Source: Anaerolineae bacterium (GTDB taxonomy: Bacteria; Chloroflexota; Anaerolineae; Aggregatilineales; J027). Taken from it: 64,000 nt of DNA. The notes beneath the pieces were generated by a model. It searched no databases. It was given only the letters and a program-made list of their open reading frames with translations, and had not been told where the DNA came from. Location: the NCBI GenBank assembly GCA_034437655.1, contig DAOTTU010000055.1, positions 19,001 through 83,000 on the forward strand, written 5' to 3'. The position numbers and the translations under genes are program-made. Shown in pieces: positions 7,971 through 18,762 of the stretch. Numbering within the stretch: position 1 is the stretch's first letter; every line of letters starts with the position of its first letter.

Positions 7971-9422
7971 TTGAAACGTTTGCTTCGTCGTCGTTTGTTT
8001 GGTTTTCAACTCAAAACATTGATCGCGGCTGGTGTCGCAGGGCTGCTGGGGGCTGTTGCGCTTCTCGCTGATTTACAGTTTGATGGTATGGCTGAAGATG
8101 TGTTATGGAATATCACAGGCGAAACCGAACCACTACCACAACTACTCGGCACAGCACAGTACATCAGCAACTACACACGTCAAAACCCTGACGTCGGTGA
8201 CACCACCACGATTCAGCATATCCCAGAAAACCCTTTTGGCATAAACGCCTTCCTTGAACTTGAAGCCGTTCCCGAAAAACGGGAGCGGGCGATGCGGTTG
8301 ATTGCAGACGCGGGTATTGGCTGGTTGCGACAACAATTCACATGGGAAGACATCGAAATTCATGCCAAAAGTGACTTTGTTGACCGCCGCAACGACCCCA
8401 ACGGTATTTCTGCATGGGAAAAATACGACCAGATTGTCGCGTTGGCAGCGCAATATAACGTCAACATTCTGGCCCGTATCAGCACGCCGACTCCAGACTG
8501 GGCATTAGCACCGGGCACCACGCAGGCTTTTGGCCCTCCGGCGAATTATCAGGATTTTGTTGACTTCGCAGTACGGATTGCCAAACGCTACGAAGGGCAA
8601 ATTACGCACTACCAAATCTGGAACGAGCCTAACCTTTACCCGGAATGGGGAGAGCAACTCGTTAGCCCAGAAGACTATACTGATCTCCTCTGCCGCACTT
8701 ACACAGCACTGAAAGAGGTTGATCCCAATATTGTCGTCCACAGTGCTGCGATTGGCCCGACCATTAACCTCAGTGGGCGTGATGCCTACGATATGCTCTA
8801 TGTGCAACGCATGTATAATGCCGGGGCCGGTGCGTGCTTCGATGTGATGAGTGCGCAGGGTTATGGCTTGTTCAGCGGCCCCACGGACCAACGATTGCGC
8901 CCTTACCTGATGAATTTTGGGCGGCACGAATGGCTCCGCGATTTGATGGTCGCCAACGGAGACGCACACAAACCCATCTGGATTAGCGAGGCCGGTTGGA
9001 ACCCGGTGCCGAATGACCCCACCATCAATGGGTTTGACACCTATGGACAGGTCACAATGGAACAGGCCGCCGCGTGGGCCCCGCTGGCCTATGAGCGTGC
9101 ATTGTCTGAATGGCCATGGGTGGGTGCGATGAATTACTGGTTCCTCAAGCGTCCTAACGAGCTTGAACAGGGCGAAGCATGGTACTACTTCCGGCTGGTT
9201 GAACCAAGCTGGGAACCCACGCCCATCTACGAAAGCCTGCAAGCCTATATCCAGTCTGGTGAGTGGCGCAACGCACGCGGCAGCGATGATTATGAAGCGC
9301 GGGCCCGGGCTCAAATCCCCCAAATTCTGGTCATTGGGTGGGCAATTGTGTTTGTCGGCTATGTGTTCACGAATGGCATTTTAAATCGTCTACTTGATAA
9401 CGACGAGCCAGACACGGCATGA
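7971..9422 (+). CDS. Membrane-anchored clan GH-A (TIM-barrel) glycoside hydrolase-like protein
   Basis: TTG start 8 nt after GAGGA. N-terminal TM (LIAAGVAGLLGAVALLA). Acid/base-type motif YQIWNEPN and nucleophile-type motif PIWISEAGW. C-terminal TM (ILVIGWAIVFVGYVF). Confidence 0.7.
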   Translation: MKRLLRRRLFGFQLKTLIAAGVAGLLGAVALLADLQFDGMAEDVLWNITGETEPLPQLLGTAQYISNYTRQNPDVGDTTTIQHIPENPFGINAFLELEAVPEKRERAMRLIADAGIGWLRQQFTWEDIEIHAKSDFVDRRNDPNGISAWEKYDQIVALAAQYNVNILARISTPTPDWALAPGTTQAFGPPANYQDFVDFAVRIAKRYEGQITHYQIWNEPNLYPEWGEQLVSPEDYTDLLCRTYTALKEVDPNIVVHSAAIGPTINLSGRDAYDMLYVQRMYNAGAGACFDVMSAQGYGLFSGPTDQRLRPYLMNFGRHEWLRDLMVANGDAHKPIWISEAGWNPVPNDPTINGFDTYGQVTMEQAAAWAPLAYERALSEWPWVGAMNYWFLKRPNELEQGEAWYYFRLVEPSWEPTPIYESLQAYIQSGEWRNARGSDDYEARARAQIPQILVIGWAIVFVGYVFTNGILNRLLDNDEPDTA

Positions 9423-11329
9423 AATGGCAACTGTTCGCGGTTGTCTTGCTACTCCTGCTGGCGACCTTTTTCCGTTTTCATCAGCTTGACGCGCAATCGC
9501 TGTGGCATGACGAGGGCAACAGCCTGCGCCTCGCTGAACGTAGCGTTGGTGACTTGATCGACGCCGCCGGGCGTGATATTCACCCCCCCGGTTATTACCT
9601 CATCCTCAAAGGCTGGACTTCTGTGGTCGGCACTACAGAGTTCGGGTTGCGGTCACTCTCGGCATTCTGGGGCGTGGTGATGGTCGCGGCGACGTATGCA
9701 CTCGGCAAGCGGCTGTCAGGGCTGGGCATTGTCGGGCTGATCGCGGCGGTTTTACTCGCAGTGAACCCCTTCGCCATTTATTACAGCCAGGAGACGCGCA
9801 TGTATGCGCAACTGGGAGCGCTTAGCATCCTCAGTTTGTGGCTATTGTTGCGTATGCTAGACGCGGCCAACTCAAAACGTGGCTATTGGGGCTGGGCATT
9901 GAGCCTCGCGGCGTGCAATGCGCTCGGGCTGTACACCCATTACACCTATCCGTTTACGATGCTGGCGCAGGGTGTGTATGTGTTATGGTGGCTCTCGCAA
10001 CAGCGATCACGGATAACAACTCTACCCGTGTACATTGGGCTAAATGTGCTTACGTTACTGGCCTTTGCGCCGTGGTTACCGACGGCTTACGATCAGGTCA
10101 CTACCTGGCCCTCTACTGGCGACCAAACCGCGCTTATCGAAAGAGTAGAGCGGATTGCGACCATTCTTGTCTATGGCAATACCATCAATAGTATTGATAC
10201 GCTTGCGTTTATTGTGCCTGGTGTGTTGCTACTGGCATCGCTACGACTACGGCCACACCTATTGCGGCAGATCATGCTCCCGGGATTGCTAATCGTGCTG
10301 AGTGTGGGGTCGTTGCTGGTGTCAGGGGCATATCGTGAGGCAAACTTGAAATTTCTGTTGCCTGCACAGGCGGCCGTGCTGGTGTTGTTAGGACTCGGAT
10401 TGTTGCAATTGCGCCTCATAGCAAAACGCTTCCCGGCTAGCCTTCGTACTGTGATGTTTGGTGGTGCAGCGGTGGGTATTGCCTTTATGTTGGCACCGTT
10501 GAGCAGAGGCATAGATGCGCTCTACAACGACGCCACCTATGCCCGCAGCGACTATCGTGGCATTGTGCAGACGATTTCTCGGACAGCAACTGACAACAGT
10601 GCTGTGATCCTTAACGCACCTAACCAGCAGGAGGTCTTCAGTTACTACTATCACGGTGAGTTGCCCGTTTATCCGTTGCCGCGCGGGCTTGGTGGCGATG
10701 ACCCTGCTACACGGCAGGCAACAGCCGAAGTTGTCACATCGCATGCGCGGGTGTTTCTGGTGCTGTGGGGGCAGCAAGAACGCGACCCGAATGCGGTAGT
10801 GCAATCCACCTTGAGCGATAATGCTTTCGCCGTTGGTCGGCGCTGGTATGGCGATGTCGAGTTGGTGCAGTATGCGGTGCTGAGCCCACCGCCAGCACAG
10901 CCACAGACACCGTTAGCGGTTCGTTTTGGTCAACATATTACCTTGCACGGCTTCAGTCTCTCCGGGGAAAATTTCACAGCCGGGCGTGGCGATGCGCTGG
11001 GTGTGGCGCTCTACTGGGAGACAGATGATACCCTTGCCACGCGCTATAAAGTTTCCGTGCAAGTATTAACGCCGCAGGGCACCCTTGCCGACCAGCATGA
11101 CAGCGAACCCGTCAACGGTCTGCGCCCCACAACCACCTGGCAACCCGGCGAACGGATTGTTGACAATCACGGGCTGGTGCTGGACCCGACGCTCCCCCCC
11201 GGTGACTATACACTGAACGTTGTGGTCTATGATTCTAACGACCCGCGGCAACGCCTTGCTCCCGACACTGGAGCCCCCAACGCCATCCTGCGACTGGGGA
11301 CCCTACAGCTTATTCCGCCGCGTCAGTGA
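9419..11329 (+). CDS. GT-C fold glycosyltransferase (family 39/83, ArnT/PMT-like) with C-terminal extracytoplasmic beta-rich domain
   Basis: ATGA start/stop overlap with the upstream gene. First-loop motif LWHDEGNS, about 11 TM helices, soluble C-terminal about 170 aa. Confidence 0.75.
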   Translation: MKWQLFAVVLLLLLATFFRFHQLDAQSLWHDEGNSLRLAERSVGDLIDAAGRDIHPPGYYLILKGWTSVVGTTEFGLRSLSAFWGVVMVAATYALGKRLSGLGIVGLIAAVLLAVNPFAIYYSQETRMYAQLGALSILSLWLLLRMLDAANSKRGYWGWALSLAACNALGLYTHYTYPFTMLAQGVYVLWWLSQQRSRITTLPVYIGLNVLTLLAFAPWLPTAYDQVTTWPSTGDQTALIERVERIATILVYGNTINSIDTLAFIVPGVLLLASLRLRPHLLRQIMLPGLLIVLSVGSLLVSGAYREANLKFLLPAQAAVLVLLGLGLLQLRLIAKRFPASLRTVMFGGAAVGIAFMLAPLSRGIDALYNDATYARSDYRGIVQTISRTATDNSAVILNAPNQQEVFSYYYHGELPVYPLPRGLGGDDPATRQATAEVVTSHARVFLVLWGQQERDPNAVVQSTLSDNAFAVGRRWYGDVELVQYAVLSPPPAQPQTPLAVRFGQHITLHGFSLSGENFTAGRGDALGVALYWETDDTLATRYKVSVQVLTPQGTLADQHDSEPVNGLRPTTTWQPGERIVDNHGLVLDPTLPPGDYTLNVVVYDSNDPRQRLAPDTGAPNAILRLGTLQLIPPRQ

Positions 11330-11747
11330 CCGTTGTGTCTGAACGGGGTACAATTTCAAATGTCAGTGTTTGGTCTACAACCGTATTGAGGATAATCTCG
11401 ACTTTGTAAGTACCTGGCACCCAACCGTCACGCGGATAGAAGCTGAACCATACTGCGCCGCTGGTGCTTTCAATCTCATCCGAACGGCCAAGTTCAGTGT
11501 CCGCGTCTACATCAGGTACATCAACGGCATACCACACAGCTTGAAGCTCGGTATCTTCAGGGGCATTGCGTAAATCCAATACCGCGTAGACGGTTTCATC
11601 CGGTACAAAAACGGTCGTCTGGTTCTGGCCATCGGTATCACGGGCCAGGCGTGCGTTCTCAATGTTGGCGGTGCTAAAGTTAAAACTGCACGCCAGTGTT
11701 GCAATGATCAAAGCTGCTAGCGGAATAAACGGCATAACTTTTTTCAT
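11310..11747 (-). CDS. Putative lipoprotein of unknown function
   Basis: MKKVMPFIPLAALIIATLAC signal peptide with a lipobox-like LAC. ATG 11747 is preferred over the longer ORF start 11780. The acidic beta-rich body matches no family I recognise. Confidence 0.6.
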   Translation of the reverse strand: MKKVMPFIPLAALIIATLACSFNFSTANIENARLARDTDGQNQTTVFVPDETVYAVLDLRNAPEDTELQAVWYAVDVPDVDADTELGRSDEIESTSGAVWFSFYPRDGWVPGTYKVEIILNTVVDQTLTFEIVPRSDTTVTDAAE

Positions 11748-11820
11748 GGTATTGCTGTACTCCATCAAGTTGAATGCCAATACATGCCTGGTTACTATTT
11801 TAAGTGACGAATCGTAAAAG

Positions 11821-12996
11821 ATGCACCACTATCTTCTTAAAAATGCACCGGCGTTGTGCCCGGGCGGTCAACGAACAGAAGGATTATATATCCGCAACGG
11901 AATGATCGCACCGTTGCAAACGTGCCCGGCCAGTGTCCTTGAAATTGATTGCAGTGGTTATGTTCTCCTGCCGGGGCTTATCAACGCACATGACCACCTG
12001 GAACTGAATCACTTCCCGCGTACCCGCTTTCGTGATCGATACGACAACGCGCATCAATGGGGTGAAGATGTATCTCGTCGCCTGGACACTGAGCCCTATG
12101 TCAATTTACGACGCAAACGCCTCCGTGACCGCTGCTTGATCGGTGGCATCAAAAATCTGCTATCTGGTGTGACGACGGTAGCGCATCACAACCCGTTGCA
12201 CCGCGCCCTGCGTCGTCGTCAATTTCCTGTGCATGTCTTGCAACGCTATGTCTGGGCACATTCGCTGCATTTCGAAGATGAAGATACCATTCGCCATGCT
12301 ATCGCCAGTATTCCACCAGACATTCCGTTTATTATTCACCTTGCCGAGGGCACTGACCGCATTGCCGCCGATGAGTATAAGCAGCTTGCCCACCTCGGCG
12401 CGGCTCGCTCCAATACTATTCTGGTGCATGGGGTGGGGTTGCGCAGCGCTGAACGCGACCATGCTGTGACAACAATAGGGGGGTTGATATGGTGCCCAAG
12501 CACGAATTTTTACCTGTTGGGTGCAACAACGGACGTTGTCTCGTGGGCAGCGGCCGAAAAACTCGCAATTGGCAGTGATTCACGCTTAACAGCGGATGGG
12601 GACTTGCTGGACGAAACGCGCGTTGCCTATGCTACCGGACAACTCGGTGTAGAAGACCTGTTCAAGGCGATTACCCTGTGGCCGGCAAAAATATTGGGTT
12701 TCACAGATAGAGGCACGCTGCAACCCGGTTGCCGCGCCGATGTCATTGCGTTACCGCTCAATACAGACGATAAACACCCCTTAGAAGCCCTCACTGTAGC
12801 GAAACGCGCTGATGTAGGCATGGTGCTGCGCGGTGGTGTGCCAATGGTGGGGAAGTCAGGACTATTGCAGCAGTTTCAGGGCGAAAAATTCACGACAATC
12901 AGTGTCGATGGGCACCCCCGGCGCGTGCAATATCGCCTTGCAAAACAACTGCGACGGTCATCATTGCAAGAACCGGGGGTGATTATAGAGGATTAG
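11821..12996 (+). CDS. Amidohydrolase-superfamily metallo-hydrolase (chlorohydrolase/deaminase-like)
   Basis: N-terminal metal motif LPGLINAHDHLELNH, later HLAEG and GSDS motifs typical of the amidohydrolase fold. Confidence 0.8.
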   Translation: MHHYLLKNAPALCPGGQRTEGLYIRNGMIAPLQTCPASVLEIDCSGYVLLPGLINAHDHLELNHFPRTRFRDRYDNAHQWGEDVSRRLDTEPYVNLRRKRLRDRCLIGGIKNLLSGVTTVAHHNPLHRALRRRQFPVHVLQRYVWAHSLHFEDEDTIRHAIASIPPDIPFIIHLAEGTDRIAADEYKQLAHLGAARSNTILVHGVGLRSAERDHAVTTIGGLIWCPSTNFYLLGATTDVVSWAAAEKLAIGSDSRLTADGDLLDETRVAYATGQLGVEDLFKAITLWPAKILGFTDRGTLQPGCRADVIALPLNTDDKHPLEALTVAKRADVGMVLRGGVPMVGKSGLLQQFQGEKFTTISVDGHPRRVQYRLAKQLRRSSLQEPGVIIED

Positions 12997-12999
12997 CGC

Positions 13000-15900
13000 T
13001 TATTCGTTACGTAAGACGTTCAACGGTTTTTCACCACTGGCACCCCATGCTGTTACCGCCGCCGCCACCAGCGAGATAAACACGCACAGACCCATTAAGC
13101 CCAACGCTGTTCCAACAGGCAGCGCACCACGCAAATCACCGTCAAAAAGTAGCGCCCACAGTTGCACCAGCAACAACAATGAAGCCCCCACACCGATTAG
13201 CCCGGCCAGAAAGCCCATCAGCCCGTTCTCAATCAGCAGCATGCCGAGTACCCGTTCGCGCTGCACACCCAGCGATTTCATCACGCCGATTTCGCGTCGT
13301 CGTTCCATCGTACTCAACACCACCGAGTTTGCAATCACTGCGCCACCCGTGACCAGATTCAAGACTGCCACTACAAAAGGCAATGCCGTGAACTGGTCAA
13401 TCAGGCGGTTCACAATCTGGTTGAGATAGCGCGTTTCAAGCACGATGGTATTGGGCACATCGTCTCGGACACGTTGTCGCACCGCATCCACCTGATCTTC
13501 CTCAACGTTGGCAATTCCCCCAACCGCATCAGGCCCAATGCCGCCAAAGGAGTCAATCGGTGCATACAGGAAGCTACCCACATCGGCGGTGATGTCGCCA
13601 AATGAGTCATTCGAGACGCCAACGACCTCGTATTCTAGCGTCTGGTTGCCTGTTTCGGTGGCAAAGCTGAAGACCATCACATCCCCGGCTTCGATTTCAG
13701 CGGCCTGCATAGCGTTATTACCGGCGACAACCAACACGCGCTCACCTGAATCGCTGGGCTGGAGTTGACGGTTCTCACCCGTGAATTGCTTGCCGGGTAG
13801 TGTCTGGTCCAGGAAGCGCCCGTCAAGGCTACCGAGTGTTACGTCAAAGAAGTCAGAGATTTCCTCGATATCCTGGCCAAGGTTGGTGGCCATAATCTGC
13901 AACAGGTCTTCACGTTTGAGGCGCGTACCATCTTCTTTTTCCAGGGCCACGAAATCGACCTGATAGTTGGCAATAATGCTGTAATCCTGCACACCGTCGG
14001 TCGTGTCGAGTACTTCTTCAAGGTTGGTGAGCGTGGTTTGCCATGTGTTGTCGTTGGGGATGGTGAACACGACTACATTGCCGCCGATGCTGTCTTCAAG
14101 GTTCAGCGCAAAGTACTGCTTCAGCGAGGACGCCATCATTGTGACCAGGCTCAGCGTCAAGACACCGATGACCAACGCCAACAGCGTCGAAGCCACACGG
14201 TTGCGGTTGGAAAGCAAAGCCCGCAGCGAGATTTTGATGTCTGGCACACCCATTGACGGCGCGCGTGCTGTCAGTGTCACTAAAAACCACAGCACGCCCA
14301 GGGTCGCCACGATCATAGCAAAGATGGCCGCAACCAGCGTGATGTTGGCGCTCAGGTCCACGACGAATTCCCATAGCAGCCCGGGGGAGATGGCCGCCAG
14401 TGTATAGCCAAAGACCGCCCCGACGATAGCGCCGAGCAAGCCTGCACCAATAAACGCCACCGTGATGCCACCCAGTGCCACGAAGATGCTACGTTGCTTG
14501 AGTACAATTGCCTGATAACTGACCAGTATACCGCCGAGGATACCGATGATAATTGAGGCAATAAGCGTGGTTGTGTCAATGCGCCCGAAGATAATCGCCA
14601 CGCCAACAATCGCCACCGAGAAGAAGAGGACACCTTGAAACATCGTCTGAATCACCAGACCAATGCCAAGCAAAAAACGCCGTATCAGCTTGCTGTTTGC
14701 GGAAAGTTCATCTTCAGGGCGTTTGATAAACGACAGGCTTGGCACCAGTGCGCTCCCGGTGATACCGGCCGCCATCGCAAGCATCGACGCCACAGCAAAC
14801 ACACCCCCCACCTGGCCGTCGTCTGGATCGAATAGTTCGCGTGTGTCTGGTGGGCTGATGCTACCCTGCAAAATCGTCCACACGACGACACCCATCACAA
14901 AGAGGATCACTCCCAATGCCGAAAGTGACTGAATCACGCCGATTTGGGGTAGTTTGGACGAACTCGGCCGCAATACATTACCGGGGCGCACCTGACCCGC
15001 CATCAACGTCGGCAAAAAGCCGAAAATAGCCGTAATCACGACACCCAGCACCATGCCGCGAATCAGCGCTTCCGTAGACCACACCCAGTCAAGGCGCGTG
15101 CCAAACACCACGTCGAATTGCTGCAAGACAGCCGCCATCCCTAAGCCGAGAATGCAGCCGATGATACTCCCAACAAACCCAAGCACAATCGCTTCGACAA
15201 GGAACAGCACCGTCACCTGGCGGGCCTTCATGCCGATGGTTTTCAGCACCGCAATTTCAGTCGTGCGCCGGGCAACAATCACCAGCATGGTGTTGACGAT
15301 ACCGATGCCGCCAATCAGCAGCGATACCACACCCATCAGCAACACGAGGTCATTCACCGCACCGACAATCTGTGAATTACGTTCGCGGATGTCAGAGGTG
15401 GTGGTGGTCGCCACAAAATCGAAGCGCTGTTCGAGGTGCTGGCTGACTTCACGCACACCAGCCGCTGTCGGGTTCGAGACGTTAACGTACATTTCAAAGG
15501 CATAGAGTTCTTGATCTTCAACGTCAAACAGCGGCAGGGCGTCTTGATCGACGTAGTAAAAGCCAAACAACGTCACAAATACAAAATTCTCGGTGAAGGC
15601 TTCAACTTCACGCTCGACAATACCACGCACGGTGAAGGGTGTGTCACTGTCAGAGATGACAACCTGATCGCCAACTTCTAGCCCGTTGTCTTCGGCGGCG
15701 TTGTCACTGATCACGATGTCCGTTGGGGCTTGAATCACATCGCGCACCCGTTCACCGCTCAGGGTTTCCGTGTCACCATAAACCGAATAGTCCGCATCAA
15801 TGAAATAAGGGAAAATGGCGCGGCCTTCGCTGCCAAATTCTAAAAACCCACCGAGCGTCGGCTTGTCGGGCGACCGATACAGGAAAGAGACCTCCGCCCC

Positions 15901-16281
15901 GTCATCAACCTGGCTCACAGCCTGGCGGATGGCTTCAACGCCACCTTCCGTGAAGACTGTCCCGCTACCGGGGAAGGGTTCAAGGTAACGGTCGTCCATC
16001 TCAATTTCTGCTCGAGATTCACGCGCCGGCCCCGGCCCGGGTGGATACACGCGGATGTCACCCCGGTTCAGTTCTTGCAAATTGTTGGTCAGTGAGCCTT
16101 CAATCATCGCACCGAGGGTTTGCAGGCTGACGACTGCTGCCACACCCGCCGCAATACACAACAACGCGAAGACCGTCCGCCAGCCGCCAACCTTCAGGTC
16201 ATTCCATGAATGCCCAACGTAAAAGCGTAGCCGTTTGAAAATGTTGCTAAACGAGTTGCTTTTCATGAGTGATTTTGCCAT
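13000..16281 (-). CDS. ABC transporter permease with two FtsX domains and large extracytoplasmic domains (MacB/YbbP-like)
   Basis: 1093 aa. Two FtsX-type 4-TM modules (RRTTEIAVLKTIGMKARQV and RRREIGVMKSLGVQRERV) separated by extra TM helices. Overlaps the ATPase gene by 35 nt. Confidence 0.85.
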   Translation of the reverse strand: MAKSLMKSNSFSNIFKRLRFYVGHSWNDLKVGGWRTVFALLCIAAGVAAVVSLQTLGAMIEGSLTNNLQELNRGDIRVYPPGPGPARESRAEIEMDDRYLEPFPGSGTVFTEGGVEAIRQAVSQVDDGAEVSFLYRSPDKPTLGGFLEFGSEGRAIFPYFIDADYSVYGDTETLSGERVRDVIQAPTDIVISDNAAEDNGLEVGDQVVISDSDTPFTVRGIVEREVEAFTENFVFVTLFGFYYVDQDALPLFDVEDQELYAFEMYVNVSNPTAAGVREVSQHLEQRFDFVATTTTSDIRERNSQIVGAVNDLVLLMGVVSLLIGGIGIVNTMLVIVARRTTEIAVLKTIGMKARQVTVLFLVEAIVLGFVGSIIGCILGLGMAAVLQQFDVVFGTRLDWVWSTEALIRGMVLGVVITAIFGFLPTLMAGQVRPGNVLRPSSSKLPQIGVIQSLSALGVILFVMGVVVWTILQGSISPPDTRELFDPDDGQVGGVFAVASMLAMAAGITGSALVPSLSFIKRPEDELSANSKLIRRFLLGIGLVIQTMFQGVLFFSVAIVGVAIIFGRIDTTTLIASIIIGILGGILVSYQAIVLKQRSIFVALGGITVAFIGAGLLGAIVGAVFGYTLAAISPGLLWEFVVDLSANITLVAAIFAMIVATLGVLWFLVTLTARAPSMGVPDIKISLRALLSNRNRVASTLLALVIGVLTLSLVTMMASSLKQYFALNLEDSIGGNVVVFTIPNDNTWQTTLTNLEEVLDTTDGVQDYSIIANYQVDFVALEKEDGTRLKREDLLQIMATNLGQDIEEISDFFDVTLGSLDGRFLDQTLPGKQFTGENRQLQPSDSGERVLVVAGNNAMQAAEIEAGDVMVFSFATETGNQTLEYEVVGVSNDSFGDITADVGSFLYAPIDSFGGIGPDAVGGIANVEEDQVDAVRQRVRDDVPNTIVLETRYLNQIVNRLIDQFTALPFVVAVLNLVTGGAVIANSVVLSTMERRREIGVMKSLGVQRERVLGMLLIENGLMGFLAGLIGVGASLLLLVQLWALLFDGDLRGALPVGTALGLMGLCVFISLVAAAVTAWGASGEKPLNVLRNE

Positions 16282-16942
16282 CTTCCAGATTTACAATACG
16301 GTCGGTTTGTTCCGCGATACGCATGTCGTGCGTCACGATGATGATGGTGGTCTGTAAACGGTCGCGGATATCGTGTAGCGCTGCCATCACTTGCTTGCCA
16401 GACTCGGTGTCGAGGTTGCCTGTTGGCTCATCACAAAGCAGAATTGGCGGGTCATTGGCAAGCGCCCGCGCAATTGCAACACGTTGTTGCTGCCCACCAG
16501 ATAGTTGCCCCGGCCGGTGCCGCAAGCGATGCCCCAGCCCCAACGATTCCAGTAATTCGACTGCTTTGTCATTGGGGTGCGTGGGTGGTGACTTTGAGAA
16601 TGTCATTGGCAACGTCACGTTTTGCACAGCGGTTAGCGTCGGTACAAGGTTGAAGGCCTGAAAAACAAAGCCGATTTTCTCGTTACGCACATCGGTCAGA
16701 CGGCCTTCGTTCATCTCAGAAATGTCAATACCGTCGATAACCACGCTGCCAGTCGTTGGCGAGTCCAGACCACCAAGCAAACCCATCAGCGTACTTTTAC
16801 CGCTGCCAGACGGGCCAATGATACCCAGCACCTCGCCGCGTGCGATGTGGAGTGTAATGCCCTTGATAACGTTCAGAAAATTTTCACCGACTTCGACCGT
16901 CTTGGTCACGTTGTCGGCAATCACAGTATGCGTTGTGTCCAA
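16247..16942 (-). CDS. ABC transporter ATP-binding protein (MacB/LolD-type)
   Basis: Walker A GPSGSGKST, signature LSGGQQQRVAIARAL, Walker B LLCDEPTGNLD. TTG start 9 nt after GGAG. Confidence 0.95.
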   Translation of the reverse strand: MDTTHTVIADNVTKTVEVGENFLNVIKGITLHIARGEVLGIIGPSGSGKSTLMGLLGGLDSPTTGSVVIDGIDISEMNEGRLTDVRNEKIGFVFQAFNLVPTLTAVQNVTLPMTFSKSPPTHPNDKAVELLESLGLGHRLRHRPGQLSGGQQQRVAIARALANDPPILLCDEPTGNLDTESGKQVMAALHDIRDRLQTTIIIVTHDMRIAEQTDRIVNLEDGKITHEKQLV

Positions 16943-17206
16943 AATTAATGGCTCCGGGGGAAGTGTGGCGCTGTGTCAGGCACCACTTGTGAACTTTAGC
17001 ACGATTTCGTTCTACTATAATCAATGATCATGAGCCCTGCCTTAACCTGCACCACTGCATGATATACACACAAACGCTCCCCACAACGCACCACTTGTTC
17101 AACACATCCACACAAGAAAAACATCAACATTTTACAAATCGGCAATATTTCGCCCCTAGAGTGTGCTTAACTCAGACAACAACACAACAGCAGAAAGTAG
17201 GGTGTA

Positions 17207-18727
17207 ATGACTGCAATCAGCAGACGCGGGTTTTTGAAAGCACTGGGGGCGAGTGGCTTAGCCATCACACAACTGGATGGCTTGCGACAGGCCTTTGCTG
17301 GTGGAGAGCCGGGGAGTTTCATACCGACATCCGTTGAAGTCCGTGACCCGGTGATGCACATCATCAATCGCTTGACGTTTGGCCCCACTGATGTACTCTG
17401 GCAACATGTACGAGGTATCGGCGCTGATGCATTTATTGAAGAACAGCTTAACCCCGAAACGATTGACGACAGCGCCTTTGAAGCCACCTACGCAGATCAA
17501 TTTTTGCAGCTTGAATGGAGTACGGCTGAACTCTTCGCCGGGGTTGAGTCTGACGCGGTGCAACGCCTGTCTGCGCAGATGATTGGCAACTGGGTGTTCC
17601 GTGCCACGTATAGCCAGCGTCAACTTTATGAACGCATGGTGCATTTCTGGACGGATCATTTCAATATATTCAGTGGCAATCGACTGGCCGCTATCCTTAA
17701 ACCAGCAGACGAACGTGACGTGATTCGGCCCCATGCGCTCGGTCGTTTTCGAGACATTCTCGGTGCTTCAGCGCATAGCCCGGCGATGCTGCTTTATCTG
17801 GACAACTTCACCAGTCGCAAAGAAGCGCCTAACGAGAACTACGCCCGCGAATTGCTAGAACTGCACACCCTCGGCGTTGATGGTGGTTATACAGAAGACG
17901 ATGTGCAAGAAGTGGCGCGCTGTTTTACAGGCTGGTCAATTGTGCCGCCACGCAATCCGCTTGGCCTCCCCGAAGATCGTATCGGTACCTTTTATTTCAA
18001 CCCACGTGCCCATGACACCGGGGAAAAGGTTGTATTGGGGCATACCATACCGGCCGGGGGTGGTGAAGAAGACGGCGAGATGGTGCTTGACATCCTGGCA
18101 CGCCATCCTGCAACCGCACGCTTTATCAGCAATAAGTTGATTCGACGCTTTGTGGCTGATGATCCGCCGCAGGCCCTTGTTGAGCGGTGTGCTAACGTCT
18201 TCATGGAAAGCAACGGTGACATCCGCCGTGTGATGGGTACATTGCTGCGCTCGGTCGAGTTCTGGAATGCACCACCCAAATTCAAACGTCCCTTTGAATA
18301 CTTTATCAGCGCCGTGCGGCCATTGAACTATGACCTGCGCATGCGCGGTTTTCTGGCGGTATTTGTGGATGTCATGCGTAACCTCGGGCAAATCCCCTTC
18401 GGACGCCCCTCACCAGATGGCTATCCGGATATACAGGCCTACTGGTCATCAAACCTGCTCATGCGCTGGAACATCGCGATTGTGGCCGCACACGGCAACA
18501 TCAACGGCAATGAATATGACGTCATCGGGCTGTTGCAGGACAACAACATCCCACTTGAAGCTGAACCCATCATCGACTTTATGGCTCAACACCTCTATGG
18601 CCGCGCCCTTGATGACGATGAATCACGCATTATTTTTGAGCATATCAACAGTGGGAACGGTGAACCACAATACATTGCCGACGCCCTTGCGTTGTTGATG
18701 GCCGCGCCTGCTTACCAATACCGCTAA
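17207..18727 (+). CDS. DUF1800-family protein with twin-arginine signal
   Basis: N-terminus MTAISRRGFLKALGASGLA. The body (HFWTDHFN, LELHTLGVDGGYTEDDV) is as in DUF1800 proteins. Confidence 0.75.
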   Translation: MTAISRRGFLKALGASGLAITQLDGLRQAFAGGEPGSFIPTSVEVRDPVMHIINRLTFGPTDVLWQHVRGIGADAFIEEQLNPETIDDSAFEATYADQFLQLEWSTAELFAGVESDAVQRLSAQMIGNWVFRATYSQRQLYERMVHFWTDHFNIFSGNRLAAILKPADERDVIRPHALGRFRDILGASAHSPAMLLYLDNFTSRKEAPNENYARELLELHTLGVDGGYTEDDVQEVARCFTGWSIVPPRNPLGLPEDRIGTFYFNPRAHDTGEKVVLGHTIPAGGGEEDGEMVLDILARHPATARFISNKLIRRFVADDPPQALVERCANVFMESNGDIRRVMGTLLRSVEFWNAPPKFKRPFEYFISAVRPLNYDLRMRGFLAVFVDVMRNLGQIPFGRPSPDGYPDIQAYWSSNLLMRWNIAIVAAHGNINGNEYDVIGLLQDNNIPLEAEPIIDFMAQHLYGRALDDDESRIIFEHINSGNGEPQYIADALALLMAAPAYQYR

Positions 18728-18762
18728 AGTCCACCCAACAAGAATTAAAGGGAGAAAACCCT

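Noticed and set aside
8505-9323. 272-aa antisense ORF inside the glycoside-hydrolase gene. Similar long shadow ORFs occur at 56276..56959, 44087..44656, 21315..21854, 22663..23196, 53812..54345 and 34605..35129.
   Set aside because: Their composition is Arg/Gly/Pro/Cys-rich, they have no motifs or RBS, and each lies fully antisense to a gene with strong family signatures. They are typical shadow ORFs of moderately GC-rich DNA.
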